From Candidatus Omnitrophota bacterium (GTDB taxonomy: Bacteria > Omnitrophota > Gorgyraeia > JABMRG01 > JAFGKX01), in the NCBI GenBank assembly GCA_043797125.1, contig JAZDPX010000012.1:24376-88375 (forward strand): a stretch of DNA of 64,000 nucleotides, given 5' to 3'. Made by a program: the position numbers and the translations under genes. Below are positions 10,090 to 20,387 of this stretch, piece after piece. Below the pieces are notes generated by a model. That model did not search any database. It was not told where the DNA came from and was given only the letters and a program-made list of their open reading frames with translations. Within the stretch, counting starts at the first letter, position 1, and every line of letters starts with the position of its first letter.

Positions 10090-10474
10090 AATAAATATTA
10101 GGTATTTAATCATTTTAATCGCCGTAGCAATGTTGGCTTGCGTTGTAAGCTTAGAAGGCGTATATTCGCAGGATACTGCAGAGAAACCCAAAAAGGAAGA
10201 TCTTGCACCCGATATATACGGCAGATACGACCCGTTTGCGCCAATAGGAATGGATTATAACGGTTCATCCGCTAATAAAATGCTGGGCCTTACTTTGGAA
10301 GGCGTGATAACCGGGTCTACAAAACCTCTTGCAATAATAAACAACACAATTGTAAAAGAAACCGACATAATAGAGGGTAAAAAAATTAAAAAGATTCAGA
10401 CAGATAGAATTACTATTGAAGATGAAAACGGCAAGGAACACGAACTTAAACTGTTTAAAGAAGAGGATAAATAG
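10073..10474 (+). CDS. PilP/GspB-like periplasmic protein
   Basis: N-terminal TM, RYDPFAP, LEGVI..PLAIINN..IKKI..I pattern. Confidence 0.6.
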   Translation: MKTTHKINIRYLIILIAVAMLACVVSLEGVYSQDTAEKPKKEDLAPDIYGRYDPFAPIGMDYNGSSANKMLGLTLEGVITGSTKPLAIINNTIVKETDIIEGKKIKKIQTDRITIEDENGKEHELKLFKEEDK

Positions 10475-10485
10475 GGGGAGGGAGC

Positions 10486-10695
10486 ATGTTTATTTTTGGT
10501 TTAATAGGCATAGTAGCATTGGCTTTAGGAATACTGCATTTTACCAGCACGGATACAATATGTAAAATAGATGAAATCGGGAAAAAGGTTATCATTACCA
10601 TGGATAAGATGGTAAAAAAATACCCTAAAAGATTAGGCGTGCTTTACATTATTGCCGCTACTTTCCTGATTTATGTTGGCTTCTTTTTGAAATAA
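10486..10695 (+). CDS. Small two-TM membrane protein
   Basis: Strong RBS GGGAGGGAG; two hydrophobic segments. Confidence 0.6.
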   Translation: MFIFGLIGIVALALGILHFTSTDTICKIDEIGKKVIITMDKMVKKYPKRLGVLYIIAATFLIYVGFFLK

Positions 10696-12785
10696 TTTAA
10701 AGCCTTGTATAGATTCAGCCTTGCCTGTACGTGATTCGGGTTAAGGCGCAGCGCCTTTCTCCAAAATTTAATCGCCTTATCTTGATTTCCGATAGCGTTG
10801 TATATTACCCCGATATTGTTATAAGCAAATGCCGACCCCGAATCAGAGCGTAAGATTGCCCTAAACGCTTTCAGAGAATCATTTATTTTTCCTTTTTCGT
10901 AAAATAAAAGCCCAAGCCTGCTAAAGGCCTCGGTATGATTGGGGTTTGCCTTGACAACTTTTAAGAACTCCTCAATTGCCTTATCGCTTTCGCGCTTTTT
11001 TTCGTATGCAAGCCCGAGGTTATAATGGATAAACGGGCTTTTTTGGTCCGCATTTTTTGCCTCTTCTAATACAGATATGGCCTCATCATACAGGCCGATT
11101 ATTCTTAGGAATTCCCCTTTCTTAAAAAGCGTAAACGGAAACAGCCCCTTTACTGCCTTTTGAGCAGGATATTGTTTAATTACTTCGTAGATATTAGGAT
11201 ATTTATTGATAATATCCCTGTTCGCAAAAGAATTTTTTACAAAGACGCAGGATATCTCGTCAAAAAAGACAAGCCTCCAGTCGCTATTGTTATAAATATA
11301 TTCCAGAAGCGCGTCAGAATCAATGTATATGCGGCTTAAAATTATATAATTTATGTCAAAACCTTTCGTCACCTTGTCAAATTCTTTAGGATGCGATGTT
11401 AAGTCCACGTAGCCTTTGTAGAATTTCGGGCCGTATACTTCGGTTCTGCCGTCGATAAACACCTTTCTTTCAGGGGTAAGCCGAAAGATAAGATAACCGC
11501 CTATTTCGTAGGCATTGAACATATTGCCTTTGATGTTATTTGCCAGGATAAAGCGAACAGCGTCCTTTGGATATTTTGCATCCAAATCCCCAAGCCCGAA
11601 ACTTCGCACTGTTTTTTCCCTGAAGCAATATCTTGGAGATGTGGCAATAAAAGTTAAAGAAAGCATGCCGGCGATAAGACATAGAAGCAGTAGTAATTCT
11701 AAAACCATAGGGGACAGTTTCCCGAACAATTTGGAAAGCGTCTCCCGAACAAATCGGAAAGCGTCTCCGGATTGAGCAGATTCAAAGTTAAGCATGGTAA
11801 TAGGAGCGGTGAGTATGGCAAAATCAATGATATTTCTATTGGCCTTAAACGAAAAGGCCAAAAAAATAGCGTAAATGATAAGGTGCGTAGGATTCAAGCG
11901 CTTGTAATTTAAAACAAAGCCGGCTAAAGATAAAAATATCAGAAGTTTATAATAAGGGTAAGGTTGTAATTTTAAGATATTGTAAATATTAAGAGGCGGC
12001 TGCAGCTCCGTGATGTATTTCATTATAACTTCCTGCCAGCCGCTGTTGTTTATGCCTGTTAATGTCAAAAACGGATACAAAGCCCCGGTTAAGCCGTTTG
12101 GATTTATCAGGCCTGCTAATATGGCTGCCGCTGCAACACGCAGCAGCGTATTAAGTTTTTCTCTTTTCATGCGCTGCAATGCCTCGCCGATTAAATAGGA
12201 GAGTATAAGTATTATCCCCATTAAAGAGCCGCCGTGCAGATTTGTCCAAACCATTTGCAAGACAGGCAGTAAAAAAATTAGTTTCGTATTTTTGTATTTA
12301 AAATTATGCAATATTGAAAAATATATAACAAGGAATAAGGAATTGAACATGAAGGGGCGCTCAAGAAATCTATGTTCTGAAGCCAAAACCGCCACGACCG
12401 TTAAAATCACAGAAACCAAATATAAATTCTTGCGAAAACAAACAGCAAAAACAATAAAAAACGCAGCGCCAAAAACAAGCGCCTTCAAAACCACGATGCC
12501 GCCCAAGCCAAAGCCCCTGAAAATTAAGAAAAGCAAGACATCAGCCAACCACTGATGGTTAACCCATCGATGGCCAGGCACTGTATATGAAAATATATCG
12601 ATTTTTGGGATAAAACCATTGGCTAATATATACTCCCCTGTTTTTAAGTGCCACCAGATGTCAAAATCCCTTATATTTTGAATTAACATGGCAGCTACAA
12701 ACGTAAAAAGCCCTAAAAATACAGCGTATTTCGCGGCCTTTAGCAAGACAGGCAGCCAAGGAAAGAAAAAATTTTGCTTTTTCAT
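10671..12785 (-). CDS. Polytopic membrane protein (putative GT-C glycosyltransferase) with C-terminal TPR repeats
   Basis: DFDIWWHLKTG and NHQW in first loop, many TMs, WTNLHG, FIDGR, TPR repeats (HYNLGLAY, AYNNIGVIY). Confidence 0.75.
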   Translation of the reverse strand: MKKQNFFFPWLPVLLKAAKYAVFLGLFTFVAAMLIQNIRDFDIWWHLKTGEYILANGFIPKIDIFSYTVPGHRWVNHQWLADVLLFLIFRGFGLGGIVVLKALVFGAAFFIVFAVCFRKNLYLVSVILTVVAVLASEHRFLERPFMFNSLFLVIYFSILHNFKYKNTKLIFLLPVLQMVWTNLHGGSLMGIILILSYLIGEALQRMKREKLNTLLRVAAAAILAGLINPNGLTGALYPFLTLTGINNSGWQEVIMKYITELQPPLNIYNILKLQPYPYYKLLIFLSLAGFVLNYKRLNPTHLIIYAIFLAFSFKANRNIIDFAILTAPITMLNFESAQSGDAFRFVRETLSKLFGKLSPMVLELLLLLCLIAGMLSLTFIATSPRYCFREKTVRSFGLGDLDAKYPKDAVRFILANNIKGNMFNAYEIGGYLIFRLTPERKVFIDGRTEVYGPKFYKGYVDLTSHPKEFDKVTKGFDINYIILSRIYIDSDALLEYIYNNSDWRLVFFDEISCVFVKNSFANRDIINKYPNIYEVIKQYPAQKAVKGLFPFTLFKKGEFLRIIGLYDEAISVLEEAKNADQKSPFIHYNLGLAYEKKRESDKAIEEFLKVVKANPNHTEAFSRLGLLFYEKGKINDSLKAFRAILRSDSGSAFAYNNIGVIYNAIGNQDKAIKFWRKALRLNPNHVQARLNLYKALNYFKKKPT
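11711..11768. repeat. Intragenic copy of a ~23-bp-unit repeat (TCCCGAACAAWTYGGAAAGCGTC)
   Basis: Two tandem 23-bp units at 11720-11765; reverse complement of 11711-11745 matches 34962-34996 at 33/35. Confidence 0.8.
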
Positions 12786-12847
12786 TTTAATTATTTAGTA
12801 TATCATATATAGTAAGTTATGCAATGTAATATTGCCATTAGAAATCA

Positions 12848-12876
12848 TTGACAACACTAATGCGTTATGTTAGTAT
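12848..12876 (+). promoter_or_regulatory. Sigma70-type promoter of the tRNA cluster
   Basis: TTGACA-17 nt-TAGTAT with TGn extension, 16 nt upstream of tRNA-Lys. Confidence 0.75.
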
Positions 12877-12892
12877 ATCTGCTCATATATGA

Positions 12893-12968
12893 GCCCGCAT
12901 AGCTCAATTGGTAGAGCAGCGCCCTCTTAAGGCGAAGGTTCCAGGTTCGATTCCCGGTGCGGGTACCA
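12893..12968 (+). tRNA. tRNA-Lys(CTT)
   Basis: Acceptor GCCCGCA/TGCGGGT, anticodon loop CTCTTAA, GGTTCGA T-loop, encoded CCA. Confidence 0.93.
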
Positions 12969-13089
12969 TGAACCATTCGACAAAACCTTTGGTTTTGTCT
13001 CAGGTTCATGGCACAGCCATGAAAGTTTTGTCGAATGATGAATGCCCTGTACCCGAGCCCCGATGCTTCGGGGCGAGTGGTTCAGGGCA
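12966..13089. repeat. Palindromic hairpin elements in the tRNA spacer
   Basis: CCATGAACC/GGTTCATGG, GACAAAACC/GGTTTTGTC, CATTCGACAAAAC/GTTTTGTCGAATG and TGCCCTG..GCCCCGA/TCGGGGC..CAGGGCA. Confidence 0.7.
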
Positions 13090-13108
13090 ACCATGCTTGC
13101 TTGTATTC

Positions 13109-13193
13109 GCGGATGTGGCGAAATTGGCAGACGCGTGCGGCTTAGGACCGCATGGAGCAATCCATGGGGGTTCAACTCCCTCCATCCGCACCA
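13109..13193 (+). tRNA. tRNA-Leu(TAG)
   Basis: Acceptor GCGGATG/CATCCGC, anticodon arm TGCGG-CTTAGGA-CCGCA, long variable arm, CCA. Confidence 0.93.
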
Positions 13194-13231
13194 GCGAATT
13201 TTGCTACGCAAAATTTGTGAAACTAAAAAAC

Positions 13232-13307
13232 GCGGGTGTAGCTCAGTTGGTAGAGCATTACGTTGCCAACGTAAATGTCGTCGGTTCGAACCCGATCACC
13301 CGCTCCA
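13232..13307 (+). tRNA. tRNA-Gly(GCC)
   Basis: Acceptor GCGGGTG/CACCCGC, anticodon arm TTACG-TTGCCAA-CGTAA, U73 discriminator plus CCA. Confidence 0.95.
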
Positions 13308-13339
13308 TCTTTACCAAAGCGAAAAGGAGCTAATCAAAA

Positions 13340-13804
13340 ATGCAGATAAAAGATTTTTTAGATCCAAAGGCGATAAATATTGATTTGAAAGCTGACACCA
13401 AAGAGCATGTTATAAAGGAATTGCTTGATATGCTGGTTGAATCAGGCGCAATAAAAAACAAGGATAAACTCTTCAAGATCCTGATGAACCGGGAAGCGCT
13501 TGGCTCAACAGGCATAGGCCAAGGCGTAGGTATCCCCCACGGAAAGACAGATGCTGTTACAGACATAGTCGGCGCATTCGGCATTTCTAAAGCCGGCGTA
13601 GACTTTGATTCCCTTGATGGCGAACCCACCCATATATTTTTCCTGCTGTTGGCTCCGGAGGATACGGCAGGGCCGCACCTTAAAGCGCTGGCAAAAATAT
13701 CCCGCTTGCTTAAAGATAAATTTTTCCGGGATGAGCTTGTGAAAGCCGGCTCAAAGAAAGAAATTTTAGACATAATAAACGAAGAAGACAAGAGAAACCA
13801 GTAA
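13340..13804 (+). CDS. ptsN: PTS EIIA component (Ntr/Fru family)
   Basis: REALGSTGIGQGVGIPH, FDSLDGEP, HLKALAKISR. Confidence 0.88.
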   Translation: MQIKDFLDPKAINIDLKADTKEHVIKELLDMLVESGAIKNKDKLFKILMNREALGSTGIGQGVGIPHGKTDAVTDIVGAFGISKAGVDFDSLDGEPTHIFFLLLAPEDTAGPHLKALAKISRLLKDKFFRDELVKAGSKKEILDIINEEDKRNQ

Positions 13805-13826
13805 GAACCTTCTCTTAAAGCACATC

Positions 13827-15113
13827 ATGCGCAAAAGAAAAATAATTTCCAAAATAAGAAATATCTTAAAGCCGCTTAAATGGTTTTACCCTGGCATGAG
13901 GGTTAAGCGGTGGCTGCTTTTATCATTTATAGGCGTTATAATGATAGTTGCCGGAGGCCAGTTTTTATCGGGGCCTACGCCGGTCTTTCGCATGGTGGGA
14001 ATAATATATATGCTTGTCGGCATAATCGTTATTTTTTTTGGAATGAGAAAGATGGTGGCTTCTTTTATCACAATATTTTTGCCGGAGCACGAGCAGGATT
14101 TGGTTGATATCGTATATCAAAAGAGGCACTTAAGTAAAGGCCACAGAATAGCAGCGATTGGAGGCGGCACCGGGCTTTCAGTGCTTTTGCACGGGCTTAA
14201 ACGCCACACAAGCAATATTTCAGCCATAGTTACTGTTACTGATGAAGGAGGCTCATCAGGCAAATTACGCGAGGAATTCGGCATATTGCCTCCGGGAGAC
14301 ATAAGAAATTGCCTGGTGGCATTAGCAGATACAGAGCCTTTAATGAGCGATCTTTTTCAATACCGTTTTGACGGCGGATCATCGGCTTTGCAAGGGCATA
14401 GTTTTGGAAATATCTTTCTCCTTGCAATGAGCAAAGTTACAAAAGATTTTGAGGAGGCTGTCAAAGAATCAAGCAAGATCCTGGCGATAAGCGGACAGGT
14501 AATACCTTCGACATTAGAGAAGGTGCGCCTGCTCGCGGAATTTGAAGACGGGACAAAAGAATTGGGCGAAACGCGCGTCTCTAAAAACCAGAAGCCTATA
14601 AAGCGTATTTCGCTTATCCCTTTACATTCTAAGGCAACCAATAGCGCCACAGAAGCGATAAAGGCATCGGAGGTTGTAATACTCGGTCCGGGCAGCTTAT
14701 ATACAAGCGTGATACCAAATCTTTTGGTTGACGGAATATCAGACGCTATTTATAATTCAAGCGCTATCAAGATATATATATGCAATGTCATGACTCAAGC
14801 CGGCGAAACAGACAACTATAAAGCAAGCGACCATATTAAGGCATTGCTGGATAACACAAAACTCGGCAAAGTAGATTATGTAATAGTGAATAATGCCGGC
14901 GTGCCTAAAGAACTGCTTGCCAAATACCAAGAAAAGCAGGCTTACCCTGTTGAGCCTGACGCAGAAAATATCAGGGCCATGGGCATAACCCCGATAGAAG
15001 ATAATGTGATAGATGCAAGAGACTATGTAAGGCATAATCCAAACAGGCTGGCTAAGGCAATTGTGGATATAATTTCTATAGCCAAGACCGAGGCAGCGCA
15101 TCAGGAATATTAA
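13827..15113 (+). CDS. yvcK: YvcK/GlmR (CofD-related) family protein with N-terminal TM segments
   Basis: GGGTGLS, DEGGSSG, PPGDIRNC, GHSFGN, GPGSLYTS, NVMTQAGET. Confidence 0.88.
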   Translation: MRKRKIISKIRNILKPLKWFYPGMRVKRWLLLSFIGVIMIVAGGQFLSGPTPVFRMVGIIYMLVGIIVIFFGMRKMVASFITIFLPEHEQDLVDIVYQKRHLSKGHRIAAIGGGTGLSVLLHGLKRHTSNISAIVTVTDEGGSSGKLREEFGILPPGDIRNCLVALADTEPLMSDLFQYRFDGGSSALQGHSFGNIFLLAMSKVTKDFEEAVKESSKILAISGQVIPSTLEKVRLLAEFEDGTKELGETRVSKNQKPIKRISLIPLHSKATNSATEAIKASEVVILGPGSLYTSVIPNLLVDGISDAIYNSSAIKIYICNVMTQAGETDNYKASDHIKALLDNTKLGKVDYVIVNNAGVPKELLAKYQEKQAYPVEPDAENIRAMGITPIEDNVIDARDYVRHNPNRLAKAIVDIISIAKTEAAHQEY

Positions 15114-15118
15114 AATAT

Positions 15119-15430
15119 ATGGCAATAGAAAAAAAAGTAGTTATTAAGAACAAGCAAGGGCTTCACGCGCGCCCCGCAGCCACATTCGTGCAGATTGCAA
15201 ATAAATTTGAAAGCGAGATAATCGTAAAAAAGGACAACGAGGAGGTAAACGGTAAGTCCATTATGGGCATATTAATGCTGGCGGCTGAAGAAGGAAGCGT
15301 AGTCTATATAAGGGCGCAAGGCGTTGATTGCAAGGAGGCTGTTGAGGCGCTTGAGCAGATTTTAATAAACCAGACAGACGATATTAAGCAGCAAATAAAT
15401 AACAAGAAATACAAAGGAAAGAAACAATGA
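15119..15430 (+). CDS. ptsH: Phosphocarrier protein HPr
   Basis: GLHARPA (His15) and NGKSIMG (Ser46). Confidence 0.93.
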   Translation: MAIEKKVVIKNKQGLHARPAATFVQIANKFESEIIVKKDNEEVNGKSIMGILMLAAEEGSVVYIRAQGVDCKEAVEALEQILINQTDDIKQQINNKKYKGKKQ

Positions 15431-17181
15431 TCACATTAAAGGGCATACCTGCCTCTCAACAGATATGCGTGGGCAAGGCATTTTTGTTTGACAGCCAGGA
15501 TGTTTCCGTTATAAAGAAAAAGATCAGCAAGGAAAGTATCCCTAAGGAAATCCTGCGTTTTGAAGAAGCGCTTATAAAAACCCGCTCCGAGATTATAAAG
15601 ATCCAGGAAAATATTTCCAAGGAAATGGGCGTTGAGCACGCCGAGATTTTTAATGCCCACCTTTTAGTCCTGGAAGACAGGATGATAATAGACGAAGTAA
15701 TTAATACGCTAAAAAGGGAATGTTACAACGTAGAATTTATATTTACCAAGCTGCTCAAGAAGTATATAGGCGTTTTCCAGAAGATGGACGACGAATACCT
15801 TAGGGAGCGGATAAGCGATATAGAAGACGTCGGCAAGAGAATGCTTAAAAACCTTATGGGCATAAAACGCCAGACCCTTGCCGATATAAAAGAAAAGGTT
15901 ATAGTGGTTGCGTATGATTTATCCCCGAGCGATACCGCCACCATGCACAAGAAAAATGTAATAGGTTTTATTACTGATATAGGCGGTAAGACCTCGCATA
16001 CGGCAATCATGGCTAAATCATTGGAAATAGCTGCGGTAGTAGGCCTTGAGACCGCAACAAAGGCAGTTAAAAACGACGATATATTAATAGTCGATGGTTT
16101 ATCCGGCGTTGTTTGGGTGAATCCCGATAAAAAGACCCTGCAGAAATACCAGAAGGAAAAGATAAGATATAAGAAAATAAACAAGGATTTGGAGGATTTA
16201 AAGGATCTGCCAAGCCAGACTAAAGACGGGCGGCGTATAGAAGTTTCTGCCAATATAGAATTTCCGGAAGAGGTGCCGTCTGTGATTTCACACGGAGCGG
16301 AGGGCATAGGCCTTTACAGGACGGAATATTTTTATATGTCCAGGCACGACCTGCCTTCGGAAGATGAACAATACCGCGCGTATAAAGACGTAGCAGTGAG
16401 GATGAAGCCCAATTCCGTAATTATCAGGACCCTGGACCTTGGGGGAGATAAATTTTTGTCTCAGCTTGAACTGGCAAAGGAAATGAATCCTTTCCTTGGC
16501 TGGAGGGCTATACGCTTAAGCCTTGCCAAGCCGGATTTATTTAAAATGCAGCTGCGCGCAATATTAAGGGCCTCAGCCTTCGGCAAAGTAAAGGTTATGT
16601 ATCCTATGATTTCCGGCGTTGAAGAGGTCGACGCTGCTAATAAACTGCTAAACGACGCAAAAAATGAACTTATAAATCAAAATATAGATTTCGATAAGAC
16701 AATACAGGTGGGCGCCATGATCGAAGTCCCATCAGCAGCGTTGATAGCGGATATTATTGCTAAAAGAGTGAGTTTTTTCAGCATAGGAACGAATGACCTT
16801 ATACAATACTCGCTAGCAGTGGACAGGGTGAATGAAAAAATAGCCTATCTCTACGAGCCCGTGCATCCGGCTGTGCTGCGCTTAATCAGGAATGTTGTTG
16901 ACGCCGCCCACAAAAACAATATTTGGGCCGGCATGTGCGGCGAAATGGCTGGGGAACCGGCATTTGTGCCTTTGCTGGTCGGATTAGGCCTGGATGAATT
17001 TAGCGTTCCGGCCGTATCCGTGCCGCAGATAAAGAATGTGATACGCTTAATAAATTACGAAGATTCCAAAAAATTGGCGGCAAAAGCCTTGCAGCTTTCA
17101 ACAGGAAAAGAGGTCGAGGCTTTATTGGCAGAGAGTTTCAGGGAAATTTTAAGTAAGACAGGTAAGAATGACAAAGAGTAA
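15427..17181 (+). CDS. ptsI: PEP-protein phosphotransferase (enzyme I)
   Basis: GGKTSHTAI, GIGLYRTE, NPFLGWR, SIGTNDL, CGEMAG. Confidence 0.95.
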   Translation: MITLKGIPASQQICVGKAFLFDSQDVSVIKKKISKESIPKEILRFEEALIKTRSEIIKIQENISKEMGVEHAEIFNAHLLVLEDRMIIDEVINTLKRECYNVEFIFTKLLKKYIGVFQKMDDEYLRERISDIEDVGKRMLKNLMGIKRQTLADIKEKVIVVAYDLSPSDTATMHKKNVIGFITDIGGKTSHTAIMAKSLEIAAVVGLETATKAVKNDDILIVDGLSGVVWVNPDKKTLQKYQKEKIRYKKINKDLEDLKDLPSQTKDGRRIEVSANIEFPEEVPSVISHGAEGIGLYRTEYFYMSRHDLPSEDEQYRAYKDVAVRMKPNSVIIRTLDLGGDKFLSQLELAKEMNPFLGWRAIRLSLAKPDLFKMQLRAILRASAFGKVKVMYPMISGVEEVDAANKLLNDAKNELINQNIDFDKTIQVGAMIEVPSAALIADIIAKRVSFFSIGTNDLIQYSLAVDRVNEKIAYLYEPVHPAVLRLIRNVVDAAHKNNIWAGMCGEMAGEPAFVPLLVGLGLDEFSVPAVSVPQIKNVIRLINYEDSKKLAAKALQLSTGKEVEALLAESFREILSKTGKNDKE

Positions 17182-17932
17182 TAAAACCATGAAGGCATTA
17201 ATGCTGGCTGCGGGATATGCTACCAGATTATGGCCGCTTACTTTGGATAAACCAAAACCGCTCCTTCCTATCAAGGGAAAACCGATTATGGAATACAGTG
17301 TTGATAAAATTGCAAAAATTCCCGATATTGGCGCTGTATACGTAGTTACTAACAGCAAATTTGTAAAGAGTTTTCAGGGTTGGGCAAACGGTTATAAAAC
17401 AGATAAAAAGATTTTGGTAATAGACGATGAAATGAAGACCGTGGACCAACGCCGCGGCGCGATAGGCGACATACTATACAGCATCGAAAATAAAAAAATA
17501 AAAGATGATTTGTTGATAATTGCAGGCGATAATTTATTTAATTTTTCCATAAAGGATTTTATGGCATTTGCCGTTTCGCATAAGCCCTACGCAACCATAG
17601 GGGCCTTTGATGTAAAAGATTTTGAGCTTGCGAAAAATTACGGCATAATAAAAATCGATAAGAACGCGAAAATAATTAATTTTATTGAAAAGCCGAAGGA
17701 CCCGCCGTCTACACTGGCTGCGATGTGCCTGTATTTTATTCCGGCCGAGAAACTTTCGCTAATCAAAGAATATAAAAGCCAGGGTTCCCCCCTTGACCTT
17801 GCGGGAAATTTTATAAAATGGCTAAGCGAAAAAGAATCGGTATACGGTTATGTATTCACAGGAACGTGGATGGATATAGGAGACAAAGAAACGCTTAAAT
17901 ACGCCCAGGAAAACTATAAGGAGGAGCAATGA
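17168..17932 (+). CDS. Sugar-phosphate nucleotidyltransferase family protein (start may be 17189)
   Basis: [27 protein letters not shown]. Confidence 0.85.
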   Translation: MTKSNKTMKALMLAAGYATRLWPLTLDKPKPLLPIKGKPIMEYSVDKIAKIPDIGAVYVVTNSKFVKSFQGWANGYKTDKKILVIDDEMKTVDQRRGAIGDILYSIENKKIKDDLLIIAGDNLFNFSIKDFMAFAVSHKPYATIGAFDVKDFELAKNYGIIKIDKNAKIINFIEKPKDPPSTLAAMCLYFIPAEKLSLIKEYKSQGSPLDLAGNFIKWLSEKESVYGYVFTGTWMDIGDKETLKYAQENYKEEQ

Positions 17933-19077
17933 AACACAGTTATCTTTTTACTTCGGAGTCTGTGACAGAAGGGCACCCGGATAAAATCTGCGATCAGATC
18001 GCAGACGCCATACTAGATGCAATATACCAGAAAGATACAAAGGGCAGAGTTGCCTGCGAGGCCATGGTAACAACAGGTTTGGCAATGGTGGCTGGCGAGG
18101 TTACGACCTCCTGCTACGTTGAAATACCGAAGATTATAAGAAATACAATTAAAGAAATCGGCTATACAGATCCTGTATATGGTTTTGATCATTTGACCTG
18201 CGGCGTTATAACTTCAATTCAGGAACAATCGCCTGACATTGCGTTAGGGGTCGATACCGGAGGAGCAGGGGATCAAGGCATGATGTTCGGCTACGCCAGC
18301 AACGAAACCCCCGAATTAATGCCTTTACCCATAACTTTGGCTCACAAGATTACCAGGAGGCTGGCAAAGGTTCGCAAGGAGGGCGTATTAAAATATCTGC
18401 GTCCCGACGGCAAAAGCCAGGTTACGGTAGAGTATCATAAAGGAAACCCAAAAAGAATAGAGGCCATAGTAGTGAGCGCGCACCATGACCGAAAGGTTAA
18501 ATTAAATCAGATACGCGAGGACATAAAGAAACAGGTCATTAATGAAGTTATCCATCCGAAGTTGATGGATAAAAACACGAAGATATTTATTAATCCGACA
18601 GGCAGATTTGAGGTTGGCGGTCCGCAAGGCGACACGGGTGTTACAGGGAGAAAGATAATAGTAGATACCTATGGCGGGGTGGGAAGCCATGGCGGTGGCT
18701 GCTTTAGCGGAAAAGACCCGACCAAGGTTGACAGGTCAGCGTCTTACATGGCCAGATATGTCGCAAAAAATATAGTAGCAGCGGGCCTGGCAGACAAATG
18801 CGAAATACAGATTGCGTATGCCATAGGAGTTGCCGAACCGGTAAGCGTGATGGTGGGCACTCACAGGACGGGCAGAATAGATGATGGTAAAATAAAAAAA
18901 ATAGCCTTAGAGACATTTGACCTTACTCCTTCAGGTATCATTAAACATCTTAATTTAAGAAGGCCTATATATAAGCAGACCGCCAGCTACGGGCATTTCG
19001 GAAGAAAAGAACAGGATTTTACCTGGGAGTGGACGGACAAGGCAGCGGAGCTTAAGAGAAAAGCTAGCAGGATATAG
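17929..19077 (+). CDS. metK: S-adenosylmethionine synthetase
   Basis: [35 protein letters not shown]. Confidence 0.97.
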   Translation: MKHSYLFTSESVTEGHPDKICDQIADAILDAIYQKDTKGRVACEAMVTTGLAMVAGEVTTSCYVEIPKIIRNTIKEIGYTDPVYGFDHLTCGVITSIQEQSPDIALGVDTGGAGDQGMMFGYASNETPELMPLPITLAHKITRRLAKVRKEGVLKYLRPDGKSQVTVEYHKGNPKRIEAIVVSAHHDRKVKLNQIREDIKKQVINEVIHPKLMDKNTKIFINPTGRFEVGGPQGDTGVTGRKIIVDTYGGVGSHGGGCFSGKDPTKVDRSASYMARYVAKNIVAAGLADKCEIQIAYAIGVAEPVSVMVGTHRTGRIDDGKIKKIALETFDLTPSGIIKHLNLRRPIYKQTASYGHFGRKEQDFTWEWTDKAAELKRKASRI

Positions 19078-19104
19078 TCGATGGTCGATGGTCGATGGTC
19101 GATA
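19077..19104 (+). repeat. Heptamer tandem repeat (GTCGATG)x4
   Basis: GTCGATG GTCGATG GTCGATG GTCGATA between metK stop and ahcY RBS. Confidence 0.85.
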
Positions 19105-19121
19105 AGGAAGGGAATGCTTAT

Positions 19122-20378
19122 ATGAAATATGATGTTAAGGATTTAAAATTAGCAAAAAAGGGAAAGCTTCGTATCGAGTGGGCTGGCAATGATATGCCGG
19201 TCTTAAAACAGATTGCCGCGCGCTTTAAAAAAGAAAAACCGCTTAAAGGCGTGAATATCAGCTGTTGCCTGCATGTAACTACTGAAACAGCCAACCTTGT
19301 TTTAGCTTTAAAAGAGGCAGGGGCAAATGTCGCGCTTTGCGCGTCAAATCCTTTAAGCACGCAGGATGATGTTGCAGCCTCATTGGTGAAGGATTATCAT
19401 ATTTCCACATTTGCGATAAAAGGTGAAGACGCAAAAACATATTACAGGCATCTTAATAGCGTCCTGGATATAAAACCCAATGTTACAATGGATGACGGCG
19501 CTGATTTGGTTTCAGCCGTGCATAAAAAAAGGCGTAACCTATCTAAAAATATTTACGCCGGCACAGAGGAGACAACGACGGGAGTTATAAGATTGCGCAG
19601 CCTTCAGGAAAAAGGGCTTTTGCTTTTTCCTGTCATTGCTGTTAACGACGCAAAGACCAAGCATCTTTTTGATAACCGTTATGGCACAGGCCAGTCTACT
19701 ATAGACGGTATTATAAGAGCAACCAACAAGTTGCTGGCTGGCAGCACTTTTGTTGTGTGCGGTTATGGCTGGTGCGGAAGAGGAATAGCGATGAGGGCAA
19801 AGGGCTCCGGCGCTGATGTAATAGTAACCGAGGTGGATCCTTTGAAGGCGATAGAGGCGACTATGGATGGTTATCGGGTCATGCCGTTAAAACAGGCGGT
19901 AAGGCTGGCAGATATATTTGTTACTTCAACGGGCGATGTATCGGTAATATCAAAAGAACATTTCAAGCTTATGAAGAACGGGGCAATTATAGCGAACGCC
20001 GGCCATTTTAACGTTGAACTTGATATTGCAGCTTTGAAGTCGTTGAGTAAAAGCACAAGAACGGTAAGAGATTATAACGTGGAATTTACTTTAAAAAACA
20101 ACAGGAAGATTTACCTGTTAGGAGATGGCAGGCTGGTTAATCTTGCATGCGCAGAGGGGCATCCTGCCAGCGTCATGGATATGAGCTTTGCAAACCAGGC
20201 CTTAAGCGCCGAATATGTGGTAAAAAATAAATATAAATTAAAAATAGGGGTTTACGTTGTGCCAAAACATATCGATGAAAAAATCGCCTTTCTTAAGTTA
20301 AAATCCATGGGCGTAAATATTGATAAACTCACCAAGCAGCAGGAAAAATATCTTGCCAGCTGGGAGGCTGGAACATAG
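19122..20378 (+). CDS. ahcY: Adenosylhomocysteinase
   Basis: [44 protein letters not shown]; RBS favours ATG 19122. Confidence 0.96.
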   Translation: MKYDVKDLKLAKKGKLRIEWAGNDMPVLKQIAARFKKEKPLKGVNISCCLHVTTETANLVLALKEAGANVALCASNPLSTQDDVAASLVKDYHISTFAIKGEDAKTYYRHLNSVLDIKPNVTMDDGADLVSAVHKKRRNLSKNIYAGTEETTTGVIRLRSLQEKGLLLFPVIAVNDAKTKHLFDNRYGTGQSTIDGIIRATNKLLAGSTFVVCGYGWCGRGIAMRAKGSGADVIVTEVDPLKAIEATMDGYRVMPLKQAVRLADIFVTSTGDVSVISKEHFKLMKNGAIIANAGHFNVELDIAALKSLSKSTRTVRDYNVEFTLKNNRKIYLLGDGRLVNLACAEGHPASVMDMSFANQALSAEYVVKNKYKLKIGVYVVPKHIDEKIAFLKLKSMGVNIDKLTKQQEKYLASWEAGT

Positions 20379-20387
20379 GAGATAAAA

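Noticed and set aside
12893-13307. Prophage or island integrated at the tRNA cluster
   Set aside because: No integrase and no duplicated tRNA 3' end seen; the flanking genes are housekeeping
12908-13383. ORFs of 61-141 aa on both strands
   Set aside because: They overlap three clear tRNA genes and hairpin repeats
17880-17930. SAM riboswitch before metK
   Set aside because: metK overlaps the upstream gene, leaving no leader, and no aptamer motif is visible
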